DNA of 64,000 nucleotides from a virus. How positions within the stretch are numbered: position 1 is the stretch's first letter; each line of letters starts with the position of its first letter. Of the stretch, positions 1 through 9,707 are shown piece after piece. A program made the translations under genes and the position numbers. Where the stretch lies: positions 7,254 through 71,253 of the IMG/VR virus record IMGVR_UViG_3300031784_000023, one strand, 5' to 3'. Under the pieces are notes generated by a model, which was not told the DNA's origin, ran no database searches, and saw only the letters and a program-made list of their open reading frames with translations.

Positions 1-305
1 AGACGCAGCAGAGTGCTTGACTGCAAGGCACTCAATCCAACGTTGTAACTAAACGAAACCAGCGCGTCAAACTCGTTCTGATTAATCGCAACTTTGACTA
101 AGTTTGAGACGCCGCGTTCGAATGCCGCCGCGTCGGCACGCAACAGCTCCTCGGCTTGGGCCTTGGTAATATTCATGCCGAGCTTGATATCCGGGCCGGT
201 CGTGCCATACCCGATCGTGGGCACGCCGCCAATGTCCGGATACGCCGTTAGGCGCAGACCTTCAAACTCCTTGATCAGGTCGAGACCCGTTTGCGAAAGT
301 CTCAC
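1..305 (-). CDS. Phage lysozyme/endolysin, GH24 family (3'-truncated by window edge; not in ORF track)
   Basis: Manual translation from GTG at 305: MRLSQTGLDLIKEFEGLRLTAYPDIGGVPTIGYGTTG...NQNEFDALVSFSYNVG. Shows the E-x8-D-x5-T catalytic triad. Its GTGA overlaps the upstream stop. Confidence 0.93.
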   Translation of the reverse strand, partial: MRLSQTGLDLIKEFEGLRLTAYPDIGGVPTIGYGTTGPDIKLGMNITKAQAEELLRADAAAFERGVSNLVKVAINQNEFDALVSFSYNVGLSALQSSTLLR

Positions 306-742
306 TGGTTAAGGATATCGACGTCGATCCGATACTCAGCAGAGTTACGGCCGCCGGTCTGGATGTACATGTAGTACGTACCGGATGTTCCAATTCGTTG
401 GGTCGTTACCGAATTATTGCGACGGCTGAGCTTCGAAGGCTCGGCGGTCATAACTTCGGTGCCGGCGGAGTCCAGAACAATAACGCTCCGTAGACTGTTT
501 TGATCGCGGATATTAACTTGCATCACACCAGTTGCCGTGGCTTGGAACTGGTAATAATCGCTGATTCCGTACTTGCCGTCGGCAGTGTCGTATTTGGCGC
601 TAGCGGTGCTGATCACCACGCCGCTAGCGTTGACTGTCCGGCGCTGCTGGAAGTTAGTTGACTCGCTGCGCTGCTGACCGGGAAACGCTACGCCCGAGGC
701 CAGAACGGCGTTGAGTTCGAGGTCGCGGGTGAGTTCGGACAT
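302..742 (-). CDS. Hypothetical protein with PPC-like beta-sandwich
   Basis: DYYQF...SGTYYMYI pattern resembles pre-peptidase C-terminal domains; TATAAT 24 nt upstream. Confidence 0.55.
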   Translation of the reverse strand: MSELTRDLELNAVLASGVAFPGQQRSESTNFQQRRTVNASGVVISTASAKYDTADGKYGISDYYQFQATATGVMQVNIRDQNSLRSVIVLDSAGTEVMTAEPSKLSRRNNSVTTQRIGTSGTYYMYIQTGGRNSAEYRIDVDILNQ

Positions 743-986
743 GTATAAGTACCGGCAGTAACTAAATTATAAGGCAGGTAAAAAATAAACGACTATTTTA
801 GTTTTGTAAATCGGTGTAAAGTTAACCGAAACGGGTGATGCCGGCGGGCGCTGCGCCGAGTTTGCGGTTGAATGTGGCTTCAACCATTAGAGTCTTGGTC
901 CGCCGTTAGTTACTTAATTCTAACGCGGTCCGTACTTTTTAATGGAACGCTCGGTTGTGCCGTACGAGGTCCCTATTAGACCCAAT

Positions 987-2684
987 TCAGAGAGCCGAAA
1001 CAATAAACGCCAACAGTTCGTCGTAACGGATTCCGTACCGATTGCCGGCTGCGATTGTCACGTTGCCGTCTTCATCAAGCTCTTCATCCCATTCGTCGTA
1101 GCAGACGATGCCGTAGCTAAACGGCTCAAGACCTTCTGCCTCAAAAGCCCCAATTACATCTTGAGCAATAACGCCAACGTGGATGCGAGCATCGTCACCT
1201 TTAAGATCAACGGCATCCTTGTACCGAAACTTCTTGATTAGCCCCTTGAGGCTTACCGCCACACGGCGCTCGGCTTCATCAAGGTCGGCAATGTCTTGTT
1301 TCTCCCGCTCGTCAGACGTGTTGATGGTTCCAGTGGCAGCATAAACAACAGACCACTTAAACGAAGACAGTCCCAGCGCAAATGTGTTGTCAGAGGCGGG
1401 TATGAAGCCTGCATTAGACGCAATGTATGTAGATTGATTACCTAAATACCTAGTGGTTGCGCTAGAGCCATCACCGAAGTAAATCCGGCTGTTCAAAAGA
1501 TCAAGCCAAACTCTGTCAGCTGTATTGGTACCTCGCTTACCGCCAATCTTCTGCGGTCCGATGAAGCCGGCGTAATCCGTGGCAGGATTTGCTGTAAAAA
1601 TATCAGTTGCCGGCTCGTATACAACAAAAGCTGGCGCAGTAGCACTTGATGAGTTTCTGAGTTCAACTGCGTCTGGCGTTGTAATTAAGTTCCCGCCGGA
1701 GGTGCTTTGGATATAAGCACGTCCGGAGGCACTTGCATCTTTGGTTATGTTTATGTCTTCTGCAGATGCGCCTCGCCCGGCGAAGATGCCTACGCTTCCC
1801 TGTCCGGTAATCCCGCCATACGCAAGATGAACTTTTATTCCACCAGGCGCGGAGCTTTCCCACCTGCAACCGTAGAAGTTTACAAAAGAGCCTCCGCATT
1901 CGACATGATATTGCTCGGCGTTGCCCTCAAGTGATGCGCCAAAGAAGTTATGGTCGTTGATGATATTTCCAGAAGCATTTGCTACAACTTCAACGTGAAA
2001 GACTCCTGATACTTCTGTGCCTTCTGCGCTTGAGTGGAAATATCGGCCGCCTAGATAGTCCCATCGGTTAGTAAAACCGACAGCATCTCCTACCGTAATT
2101 TGGCGGTTGACACCATTGTTGCGTAAGTAGCCGCCAATAACAGTGTTGTAACCGCATCCTTGTTGATAGCAAGTTTGTTGAACCCCGATTGCAAAATTCT
2201 CAACAAGCCTTTCAACAATTTTCATGTTTTGAACATTGACATATCTAATGCCGATGCCCTGCCCAGCCCAACCTGTTACTGGCTTTGTCTTGTTGATAAC
2301 GGACGGAAGGATTAAGCCGTTTTCGGTAGTAAGCGAGAAGATGTCTGTGGGGTTCGTTCCATTGCCTGTGGAGACTTCCAAAGCCACAGCAGGAGCACCG
2401 TAGATTTCAAAAGTCATATCCTTGCCATCAAACCGGCAGTTGATAACAATTTTGCTGCTTATCTTGAATGTGCCATTGCCTGTTAAGGTTTGGCCGGATG
2501 ATGCGCAATGTGCAATAGCAGCCTGAATAGCCGCCGTATCATCCGTCACCCCGTCACCAACCGCACCAAAATCCTTAACACTAACAACATCCCGCAACTT
2601 ATCATCAACAGTCCGCTCAACCGCACCAGCACCCGAAGCACTAAAAGCTTCACCGGGAACCGTAATAAAATTGCGGGCGACCAT
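987..2684 (-). CDS. Tailspike (pectate-lyase-like beta-helix) with C-terminal peptidase S74 intramolecular chaperone
   Basis: VVSVKDFGAVGDGVTDDTAAIQAAI motif; C-terminal TSDEREKQDI...GVIAQD...YGIRYDEL. Confidence 0.88.
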   Translation of the reverse strand: MVARNFITVPGEAFSASGAGAVERTVDDKLRDVVSVKDFGAVGDGVTDDTAAIQAAIAHCASSGQTLTGNGTFKISSKIVINCRFDGKDMTFEIYGAPAVALEVSTGNGTNPTDIFSLTTENGLILPSVINKTKPVTGWAGQGIGIRYVNVQNMKIVERLVENFAIGVQQTCYQQGCGYNTVIGGYLRNNGVNRQITVGDAVGFTNRWDYLGGRYFHSSAEGTEVSGVFHVEVVANASGNIINDHNFFGASLEGNAEQYHVECGGSFVNFYGCRWESSAPGGIKVHLAYGGITGQGSVGIFAGRGASAEDINITKDASASGRAYIQSTSGGNLITTPDAVELRNSSSATAPAFVVYEPATDIFTANPATDYAGFIGPQKIGGKRGTNTADRVWLDLLNSRIYFGDGSSATTRYLGNQSTYIASNAGFIPASDNTFALGLSSFKWSVVYAATGTINTSDEREKQDIADLDEAERRVAVSLKGLIKKFRYKDAVDLKGDDARIHVGVIAQDVIGAFEAEGLEPFSYGIVCYDEWDEELDEDGNVTIAAGNRYGIRYDELLAFIVSAL

Positions 2685-2764
2685 GACTAACTACCGTCGT
2701 ACCTAAATTATACCCGACCAAAAAACCAGCCGCCGTAGACTAAAGCAAACCACGGCGCATCAAA

Positions 2765-3073
2765 ATGAACCAGTACAGCATATTGAACGCAGTAATATAC
2801 GAGTTGCTGATCGAACTGATAAAAATCTGGCCGAAGCTAAAACTAAACCAGTGGATTCGTGCCGCACTAAATTGGTGCCGGGCGGACTGGGTCGAATGGC
2901 GCACAGAGCAGACCCTGAAGGACGCGGACCGGCAGGCACAGGAAATTTTGAAGTATTGGGAGGCACAGAAAAATACCGAATACAAGGTAATACAACACGA
3001 ACCCGACGGATCAAAGGCCCAGGACCTGCTGGGCGGCGCCATGGAGATCAAGTCAACCTGGCGTAGGGACTGA
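2765..3073 (+). CDS. Hypothetical protein
   Basis: 102-aa ORF with protein-like composition, followed by a GCCCC-TTCG-GGGC hairpin. Confidence 0.6.
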   Translation: MNQYSILNAVIYELLIELIKIWPKLKLNQWIRAALNWCRADWVEWRTEQTLKDADRQAQEILKYWEAQKNTEYKVIQHEPDGSKAQDLLGGAMEIKSTWRRD

Positions 3074-3104
3074 CCCGATTCCTGTTCCTCGCCCCTTCGG
3101 GGCT

Positions 3105-3274
3105 GCGGTGCGCCAAATTACATAACTTCCATACCGCACCCGACGCATAAAGAAGGCCCCTCGAATCCGGAGCGTAGGCGGAAATTCCGGCCACGCTGCT
3201 CGAACCAAACACCCGAATTTCGGAGGTTTCAGCCAGAGCGGTGCGCCAAAATACATAACTTCCATACCGCACCC
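3105..3274. repeat. Two 37-bp direct repeats (36/37 identical) separated by 96 bp
   Basis: GCGGTGCGCCAAAWTACATAACTTCCATACCGCACCC at 3105-3141 and 3238-3274; each has GGTGCG/CGCACC inverted ends. Confidence 0.9.
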
Positions 3275-3332
3275 TGCACACACCTAAATTTAACCTTCCA
3301 GTCCTAAACTATAAATAACCGCTCACCTAGCT

Positions 3333-3521
3333 ATGACCGCCGCAATCGCCTTTCTAGCTGCCCACTGGGTCGACATCGTCGCCATCGGTGCCGCACTGCA
3401 CGCATTAGCACTCGTTATCGTCAACACCACTCCCACTCCTAAAGATAACGAACTGTACGGCAAGTTATACAAAGTCATCGAAGTAATCGCCGGTATCGTA
3501 ACCAAGATCGCTAAGAAGTGA
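3333..3521 (+). CDS. Small membrane protein, holin-like
   Basis: Hydrophobic N-half followed by TPTPKD...LYKVIE motif. Confidence 0.55.
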   Translation: MTAAIAFLAAHWVDIVAIGAALHALALVIVNTTPTPKDNELYGKLYKVIEVIAGIVTKIAKK

Positions 3522-3523
3522 TC

Positions 3524-3811
3524 TCAGGAAGGTCGGTTGGATTCCTCCATCTCACTGACCTTCTGCACAAATCCTTCCCTTAAAGTACGCAACTCGGACA
3601 TAACGAGTGCGTCCAACTTATTTTCAAATCTGCACAGCGCCTTGTCGACCTTGTCGAACGCTGTGTTCATATCATTTTTTGTTGCAAATTCTTCCGCTAA
3701 TCGGATTTCGATGCGGTCCACGCGGTCGTTAACGTCTGAAAATCTCTTCCAAGTGAGGCCCGCGCCACTAAGCAACGTCGAAACAACTAACGTCAACAAC
3801 CACTCCGGCAT
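3524..3811 (-). CDS. Hypothetical protein (N-terminal TM helix plus coiled coil)
   Basis: ORF track; GGAGG RBS and TAGAAT upstream. Confidence 0.65.
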   Translation of the reverse strand: MPEWLLTLVVSTLLSGAGLTWKRFSDVNDRVDRIEIRLAEEFATKNDMNTAFDKVDKALCRFENKLDALVMSELRTLREGFVQKVSEMEESNRPS

Positions 3812-3847
3812 TGTTCATTAGAGCCTCCAATTCTATTTTATAAGTTT

Positions 3848-4243
3848 TTAGGCCGCTTCGTTTTCCTCGTGTGGCGGCAATAGCGGCACGGAACACAATT
3901 CTTCGTAGTGCTTAGCCGAGTCAGACTCGTTGTGATCCCGATTAACCCACTCTAAAATCTTTAATTCACGGTCATGCCTCCAAAATAACTGTGTCCTATA
4001 CCACTCACACCATTCAATATTAGACTTTTTCAAGTTACAGCAACCGCATGACGGTATAAGATTTGCCCTAGTCGTTGTTCCTCCTCTCGATTTAGGTACA
4101 ACGTGATCCAGTGTTTGGGGGTCCTTTCGCCCGCAATATGCACACTCGTGTTTCCACGCGGCGAAGATGTCTTTTCTGAATCTCTTACGTGCTGTAGATC
4201 TTGTTAAGCACTGTAGCTCAAAAAGCAAATCATATTCCGTCAC
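3848..4243 (-). CDS. HNH endonuclease
   Basis: CAYCG...TLDHVVPKSRGG...NLIPSCGCCNLKK. Confidence 0.9.
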   Translation of the reverse strand: MTEYDLLFELQCLTRSTARKRFRKDIFAAWKHECAYCGRKDPQTLDHVVPKSRGGTTTRANLIPSCGCCNLKKSNIEWCEWYRTQLFWRHDRELKILEWVNRDHNESDSAKHYEELCSVPLLPPHEENEAA

Positions 4244-4312
4244 ACTGCAGGTGCGGACTAGCTACATTCTAAAGAATTAACACACAACCTGTGTTAACCG
4301 ATGCTAAAAAAC

Positions 4313-4825
4313 TCAGCTAACTAAGGGAATCGGGGGCTGAATCTCAATTTCAAGCTCAGACGTACTGATAGCGCGGCCGACGCGGACCGACGCACCGTAC
4401 TGATTCAGGCCCGAAGCACTGATGATGCCAGAACCAGTCGAATATGGCGTGATCTGTCCCTTGTACTTGGAAAGGAAGTAATCGGTGCCAGGTACCAGTT
4501 GCGTGCCGCCGGTGATGTTGGCGCCGGTAACGACCACGACGCCATCCAGATTGACTTCGACCTGCGAACCCGCCGTGACGGTCTGAGCTGCTGCACCGAT
4601 GGGGTAGTAGAACGCAGTCGCCACGCCGCTCAGCGCGGTAGCTTTGACCGCCAGGCTATTACCGCTGGTGTAGACGATGTCGCCTTGGGTCAGGTTCTCG
4701 CCCGCGAATAGGACGTAAGGCGACGTGTAACTCGAAGTCGTGCCGCCGCCGTTGACAAGCCAGACCTGGCTACCGTTTGAGGTGTAGCTGGTGTAACTGC
4801 GGTTGAAAATATTACGGGAAGTCAT
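4313..4825 (-). CDS. Putative virion structural protein
   Basis: G/S/T-rich beta protein, similar in style to 6305-6781; lies in tail-gene context. Confidence 0.6.
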   Translation of the reverse strand: MTSRNIFNRSYTSYTSNGSQVWLVNGGGTTSSYTSPYVLFAGENLTQGDIVYTSGNSLAVKATALSGVATAFYYPIGAAAQTVTAGSQVEVNLDGVVVVTGANITGGTQLVPGTDYFLSKYKGQITPYSTGSGIISASGLNQYGASVRVGRAISTSELEIEIQPPIPLVS

Positions 4826-4854
4826 ATTAAGTAACCTGCTTATACGTTATTTTA

Positions 4855-5535
4855 TCAAACCCAGGTATTTAAATCAGTCCGTTTCCAAGTATTTGTGGCT
4901 GTACAAACGTAGAGATAATTAGTATCCCAAGCAATCTGTCCTGCTGTTCCAGATGCCGAGGCAGATGCCGGAGTTTTAGACATCTCAATCTGAAAATTAT
5001 CATCTTCTACACGAACATATTCGTTAGTAACCGCAAGTTTACCTATTCCACTGACTGCAATACCGACAAAATACTGTCCAGACCCGTAAACACCGCCTGT
5101 GCCTACTCGAATACCTGGTGTTGATACAGTGCCGCCACTAGCGACAATAGCCCCTGTCATAGAGCCGCCGGATTTAGGCAGCGCATTTGTTCCTACGACT
5201 AAAGCAGCATTGCCAGAAGCTAATGCCGTCGAACTAACACCTAACGCAGCATTACCGCTAGATAACGCAATTAACGCTAGAGAAATTCCTGCATTACCAG
5301 AAGCTGCAGCACGACCGTCAATACCCAGTTTACTATCCGCAGAGAAATAAAGACCGCTAGGATTAGAAATTAAAGAAACGTCTAGCCTGGGATTACTACC
5401 AAAAAAACCCCCTCCGATCAAGCCACTACCAGCAATAATTTGCTGACTTTGGTATAAAGCGCCGTCTACATTATCACCTACAGGCAACTCGGATTGAACA
5501 CCGCTAACTAAAACGATCGGCCGACGAGTAGCCAT
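4855..5535 (-). CDS. Putative tail fibre protein
   Basis: Repeated [AS]SGNA motifs; C-terminal GQIAWDTNYLYVCTATNTWKR fibre-tip motif. Confidence 0.65.
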   Translation of the reverse strand: MATRRPIVLVSGVQSELPVGDNVDGALYQSQQIIAGSGLIGGGFFGSNPRLDVSLISNPSGLYFSADSKLGIDGRAAASGNAGISLALIALSSGNAALGVSSTALASGNAALVVGTNALPKSGGSMTGAIVASGGTVSTPGIRVGTGGVYGSGQYFVGIAVSGIGKLAVTNEYVRVEDDNFQIEMSKTPASASASGTAGQIAWDTNYLYVCTATNTWKRTDLNTWV

Positions 5536-5603
5536 TTGCGACCTAATTACCTAGTGTAATTCTAACAAACAAATCTTAGTCTCCCACGCGGGCAGCTGTC
5601 GAC

Positions 5604-5825
5604 TTACAAAAACAGACCGTACCAAAGCGCCAAACAAACAGCACCAAGTACAGTAGCTACAAAATCCATAAATTCAGGTGTTCCCCGCCCTGATAGATCC
5701 CAAAACTCTTTAGACGCCGCAACTAAGACAACAACCAAAAAAGCAATAGGATGCCCTAGCGGATAAAACATAGCGAAAACGCTAAGTCCTACCGCAAAAT
5801 GGTAAACTTTGTCTTTAGCAATCAC
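5604..5825 (-). CDS. Small membrane protein
   Basis: DKVYHF...KEFWD...DFVAT pattern with hydrophobic helices. Confidence 0.6.
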   Translation of the reverse strand: MIAKDKVYHFAVGLSVFAMFYPLGHPIAFLVVVLVAASKEFWDLSGRGTPEFMDFVATVLGAVCLALWYGLFL

Positions 5826-6301
5826 GCGGGTGTATCGCCGTACCGAATAATCGTATAGCGAGTTGATGCTGCTGTGTTTGAGAAAGTCTGAAGAACGCCG
5901 CTGTTATTGGCAAAAGTGCCGCTGTAGGTGCACAAAATACCACTTGTATAAAGAACAGCGTACTCTGTAATGACAGTGGTAGAGCCGTTCTGTACTAAAT
6001 GAACCTCACTGGTTTGAATCTCGCGTCCACGCTTGGCTTTGATGTGGTACCGAGCGGAATCAAGAAGACCGCTGGCAAAAACATCAAGCGTCGTCCCTGC
6101 CGTTGTCGTTGTCGTGACGGGAGTTAGACGATTTGTTTGAAAGTAAGGATAACCCGCGTAACGAGCATCCAAACCACTGACTGTAACTAGCTTGTTTTTA
6201 TCCGAATCTGCCGCTTCGTAGCGATCAACGACAGGCAGCTGGATGTAACCGCTGGGAGAAGGACCAATGTCCGAAAAAGCCGAAATTTTACGGTTGGTCA
6301 C
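5822..6301 (-). CDS. Putative tail-associated protein
   Basis: C-terminal domain resembles the triplicated domain of 6930-8579. Confidence 0.6.
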   Translation of the reverse strand: MTNRKISAFSDIGPSPSGYIQLPVVDRYEAADSDKNKLVTVSGLDARYAGYPYFQTNRLTPVTTTTTAGTTLDVFASGLLDSARYHIKAKRGREIQTSEVHLVQNGSTTVITEYAVLYTSGILCTYSGTFANNSGVLQTFSNTAASTRYTIIRYGDTPA

Positions 6302-6304
6302 AAC

Positions 6305-6781
6305 TTAAGCGTCTTCTAAAAGTATTTTAGAGCCGTCTTCGGCTACTAAGTATTCTATCAGAGGTGATTGATCTTCCGTAAGTAAAGCTGTATTTGTGCT
6401 GCTCGTTAAAATACCGTCCTCAATCTCAATTTTGATCGTTCCGGCACCTAAAGCATCGCCAACTTGAGTAACAAAAAAAGGATCAAAAAACTCTATATAA
6501 CCAGACGCAACATTATTAAAATCAGTCGTAAGGATACCTGACCCGTGAATCGATAAATATGCTGGTTTGCCCAGAGTCAGGCCCGCCGTACTAACAGCGG
6601 CGTAATCCGTCAAAACAATTCGAACACGCGACCCAGCTTCAGTCACGCCGTCCGAAATGCCGACCACGCGGGACCGATCGGCCGAAAAAGGATCAGCAGG
6701 AATAGCGTAGCCGCTGCTGTTAATTGCAACAGCTACGCCATTACCGATGTATTCGCCAGCAGTAACAACACTAAAAGCCAT
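6305..6781 (-). CDS. Putative virion structural protein
   Basis: ORF track; LLTED/LVAEDGSKILLE tail motif. Confidence 0.6.
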   Translation of the reverse strand: MAFSVVTAGEYIGNGVAVAINSSGYAIPADPFSADRSRVVGISDGVTEAGSRVRIVLTDYAAVSTAGLTLGKPAYLSIHGSGILTTDFNNVASGYIEFFDPFFVTQVGDALGAGTIKIEIEDGILTSSTNTALLTEDQSPLIEYLVAEDGSKILLEDA

Positions 6782-6929
6782 ACTGCAACAAGAGAACTAA
6801 CTTAATTCTAACCTTTTCCCTGTCCGCGACTTTTTTTGCGGCCATGAGAGGGCTTGCTATGCAGCCCGTCTCCCTGTCGGGTTTTTTTGGGCTTCGACTC
6901 GATGAGTTGGGTGTTCTTAGGCTTGGCCA

Positions 6930-8579
6930 TTAGGGTGTGACGCGAACGGGACGGAACACGGTAGAGGCAGCGGTGTTGCTGTAGCCAACGATCTCGACGA
7001 AATCGCCGACGACAAAACCGCTGAACGCTGCCAGGATACCCGAACTGAACACAACCGAGTGTTGCGACAGATACGCGTCAGACGGTGTGTGCACAACAGT
7101 GAGATCAGAGCTCTGGACTTCGCCGCCACGGTTGACATTAACCGTAATGGTCTTGGTACCAGATGCCTGGACCGGGTAGCGGTCGATCAGCGTGCCGATA
7201 GTCGACGCGGTCGTGACCGGCAGACCCTGAGTATTGCCCCAAATAACTGGCCTATAAGTCGTATAAGCAGTAGAGGTTGGATAAGCAACAATTTGAACGT
7301 TACCGCCAGAAACCTGACCGCTAAATGTCGCAAGCGCCCCACTCGAATAGACAACCGAGTGCTCTGAACTAAAGCCGCTGACCGCTGTGTGGACAACGGT
7401 AACATCGGAGTTCTGGACATCGCCGCCACGCGCAACGTTAACGGAGTAAGTCTTAGTGCCCGAGAAGCTAACCGGGTAAGAATCGAGGACCTTACCGGTA
7501 AATGCTGTCGAATAAGACGAACTTACAGTAGTGCCGTTCCAAACAATCGGCCTGAATACCGTGCGGTCGATCGAATTGCTATATCCGACCAGCTCAACAA
7601 AGCCATCGACAAGCTGGCCGCTGAACGCAGCCAGAATGCCGCTGCTAAAGACGACAGAATGCTGCGAAACGTACGCATCACTCGCGTCATAAATAAGGGT
7701 GATGTCGGAATTTTGTATCTCGTTGCCCCGCTGAACGGCAATCGAATAGGTTTTGGGGCCGACATAAGACGTCAAATAGCTGTCCAAGACGACCAAATCG
7801 GTCGTGCGGGTCGTTTTGGTCGGAGTCGGGGGGTCAAGCAGCGAAGTCCAGTTGCTGCCGTCCCAAATCTTGATGACGCTAGTGGTCTGGTCGTACCAAA
7901 CCTCGCCCTCAACCACAGCAGTCGGGGGTGTTTCGCGGTACGCAACGCTCCGACGGGCATCAGGCTCGTACCATCCGCTCGAAACAGCGTCATAAATAAG
8001 GAGATTGCCCAGATCTCGGTTGAACCAAAGCAGTCCGTCCCGAGGCGGAGCGTTATTACCGACGCCAGACGGCGGTGTTTCGGACGTGTACGCGAGGGCT
8101 TCGGCGTTCAGCTGATACCAGCCGGGATTCGACGCGCCGGAGACATAAACAAACGTCCGACCTTCGTTCTCATCAAACCAAATAGTGCCCGCATATGCGC
8201 CCGAAGGAGCTACACCACTAACGATCGCTCCAGGAATACGCTGAGCGTCAGCGTTAATGGTCGTATATGTACCGCTCGGTGCGAAATAAATGCCGGATCC
8301 AGGGGCAAGTCCGGACGCACCAACGCCTCCGCCGCCGCCTTGAATACCGCTAATTGTCGCATTTAAATCTTCTAAGGCTCGGACAATGCCGTTCCAAGAT
8401 GCCTCGTAACCGTAAGGACACCGTGTGTAAGAAGTAGTGCCCACGCCGCTTACAGTTGCTAAAAGTTCTTCGAGGACTTCGACCGCACCTTGGAACCCTT
8501 CCTCATGTAATGCCCTCGGAAAGGCTCCGTGTACGGGACAAGATGGGCTGTTTACTTCGTCGGGCATTAGATACAACAA
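6930..8579 (-). CDS. Tail fibre protein with three tandem ~95-aa C-terminal repeats
   Basis: Repeats of LDSY...KTY...RG.E.Q.SD...SQHSVVFSSG.LA.FSG...FRP; GxxWFD fibre motifs. Confidence 0.75.
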   Translation of the reverse strand: MLYLMPDEVNSPSCPVHGAFPRALHEEGFQGAVEVLEELLATVSGVGTTSYTRCPYGYEASWNGIVRALEDLNATISGIQGGGGGVGASGLAPGSGIYFAPSGTYTTINADAQRIPGAIVSGVAPSGAYAGTIWFDENEGRTFVYVSGASNPGWYQLNAEALAYTSETPPSGVGNNAPPRDGLLWFNRDLGNLLIYDAVSSGWYEPDARRSVAYRETPPTAVVEGEVWYDQTTSVIKIWDGSNWTSLLDPPTPTKTTRTTDLVVLDSYLTSYVGPKTYSIAVQRGNEIQNSDITLIYDASDAYVSQHSVVFSSGILAAFSGQLVDGFVELVGYSNSIDRTVFRPIVWNGTTVSSSYSTAFTGKVLDSYPVSFSGTKTYSVNVARGGDVQNSDVTVVHTAVSGFSSEHSVVYSSGALATFSGQVSGGNVQIVAYPTSTAYTTYRPVIWGNTQGLPVTTASTIGTLIDRYPVQASGTKTITVNVNRGGEVQSSDLTVVHTPSDAYLSQHSVVFSSGILAAFSGFVVGDFVEIVGYSNTAASTVFRPVRVTP

Positions 8580-8598
8580 CCCCTCCTAACTTAGTATT

Positions 8599-8982
8599 CT
8601 ACCGGATCTCTGCTCCCTTAGCCTTTCGATATCGAGCACTAACGCGTTTAACTACGTTGACTGAAATACCCAGAAGCGCCGCAATTTTTGTACAGCTTAG
8701 TCCTTGTTCTAATTGATACTCAATTTCCTTCGTTCTCCAAGTATTACGTTCCAACATGTCAGCTCTTTTTTTAACGGCCAACAGTTCCGGTTCATTGGAC
8801 TCCTTTAAAAGAATCTGATGTACCCGTTGTTTAGAAATTCCGAACTGATCCGCGATTTGCTGAAGCGAAAACCCTTCCTGGATGTATAAAGTGTAAATGC
8901 GCTCAAAGCGCTCTTTACGAGCTTCCTTGCTCGCGTACTGGCCCCAGTACGTTTGTACGTCTTCTTTTGATTGGATTTGCAT
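8599..8982 (-). CDS. Sigma-70 region-4-like double-HTH DNA-binding protein
   Basis: SLQQIADQFGISKQRVHQI and SCTKIAALLGISVNVVKR. Confidence 0.8.
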   Translation of the reverse strand: MQIQSKEDVQTYWGQYASKEARKERFERIYTLYIQEGFSLQQIADQFGISKQRVHQILLKESNEPELLAVKKRADMLERNTWRTKEIEYQLEQGLSCTKIAALLGISVNVVKRVSARYRKAKGAEIR

Positions 8983-9035
8983 GAGGGATTAAAAGCCCGT
9001 CAAAGGCTAAACCCCTTGGAGCAAACTGTCAATCC

Positions 9036-9242
9036 CTACGTAGGTCCGGATTGAGCTTTCCGTAACGCCCGCTGCTCATGACGGAAACCCTCCTCAGCGA
9101 GCATCCAGGCTGGTATGCCGAGTTCCGAACTCCTCTGACGACACAGTTGCCAAAATTCTGTATCAGGTGATTCAGAGATCTTATTCCGGGCAGAGAGCGT
9201 ACAGTCCATAATCGGAATTAAGTTACACCAAGTATAAGACAC
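9036..9242 (-). CDS. Hypothetical protein
   Basis: ORF track. Confidence 0.45.
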   Translation of the reverse strand: MSYTWCNLIPIMDCTLSARNKISESPDTEFWQLCRQRSSELGIPAWMLAEEGFRHEQRALRKAQSGPT

Positions 9243-9707
9243 ATAAAACTCCGTGTGTCAACCCGATAAATTGACGTATTTCCACGGCGCTTCTGCAAAA
9301 CAAAGCTCGAAACAAACCCTTCGGAGCTCTGTTCGCTTAACGTAAATTGCACGCACACTGAGTTAGTTACGTATTTAAATAAGTAAGTGGTACTTTATAA
9401 CAATTAAGACGCTCCTTAAAGTGCGTTTTAATGCGCGCCTTTAAATGCGCACCTAAAATACGCTTAGTTAAAGCCGGCAGTAGCTAGCAAAACCCGTTAA
9501 GTCGGTCTTTAATAGAAAATCCTTTTTACTTACCTCTCTAAACGGACCCATCACTCCAAAGCACTCTGTGCGCTAAAAAGCCGCCTATGCGCCCGTCTCA
9601 TCCGTCTCGTATGGGGTTCAGAGCGGTACCGATAGGGAAGAAAATCCGCTGTTGGGCATCCAGTAAGTGCTATGCGCTACACTGAGCATGTTGAGGCACT
9701 GTGACTC

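Noticed and set aside
3105-3274. Canonical CRISPR array or loxP-like site
   Set aside because: Only two repeats, a 96-nt spacer and no cas genes. The ATAACTTC match to a lox arm has no inverted partner.
6930-7810. Diversity-generating retroelement TR/VR in the tail-fibre repeats
   Set aside because: The repeats are in-frame protein domains with differences at all bases, not adenine-specific, and there is no reverse transcriptase in the window.
7389-8366. Long antisense ORFs (also 22497-23231, 23219-24295, 36102-36764)
   Set aside because: They shadow genuine genes on the opposite strand, consistent with codon bias, and lack recognisable motifs.
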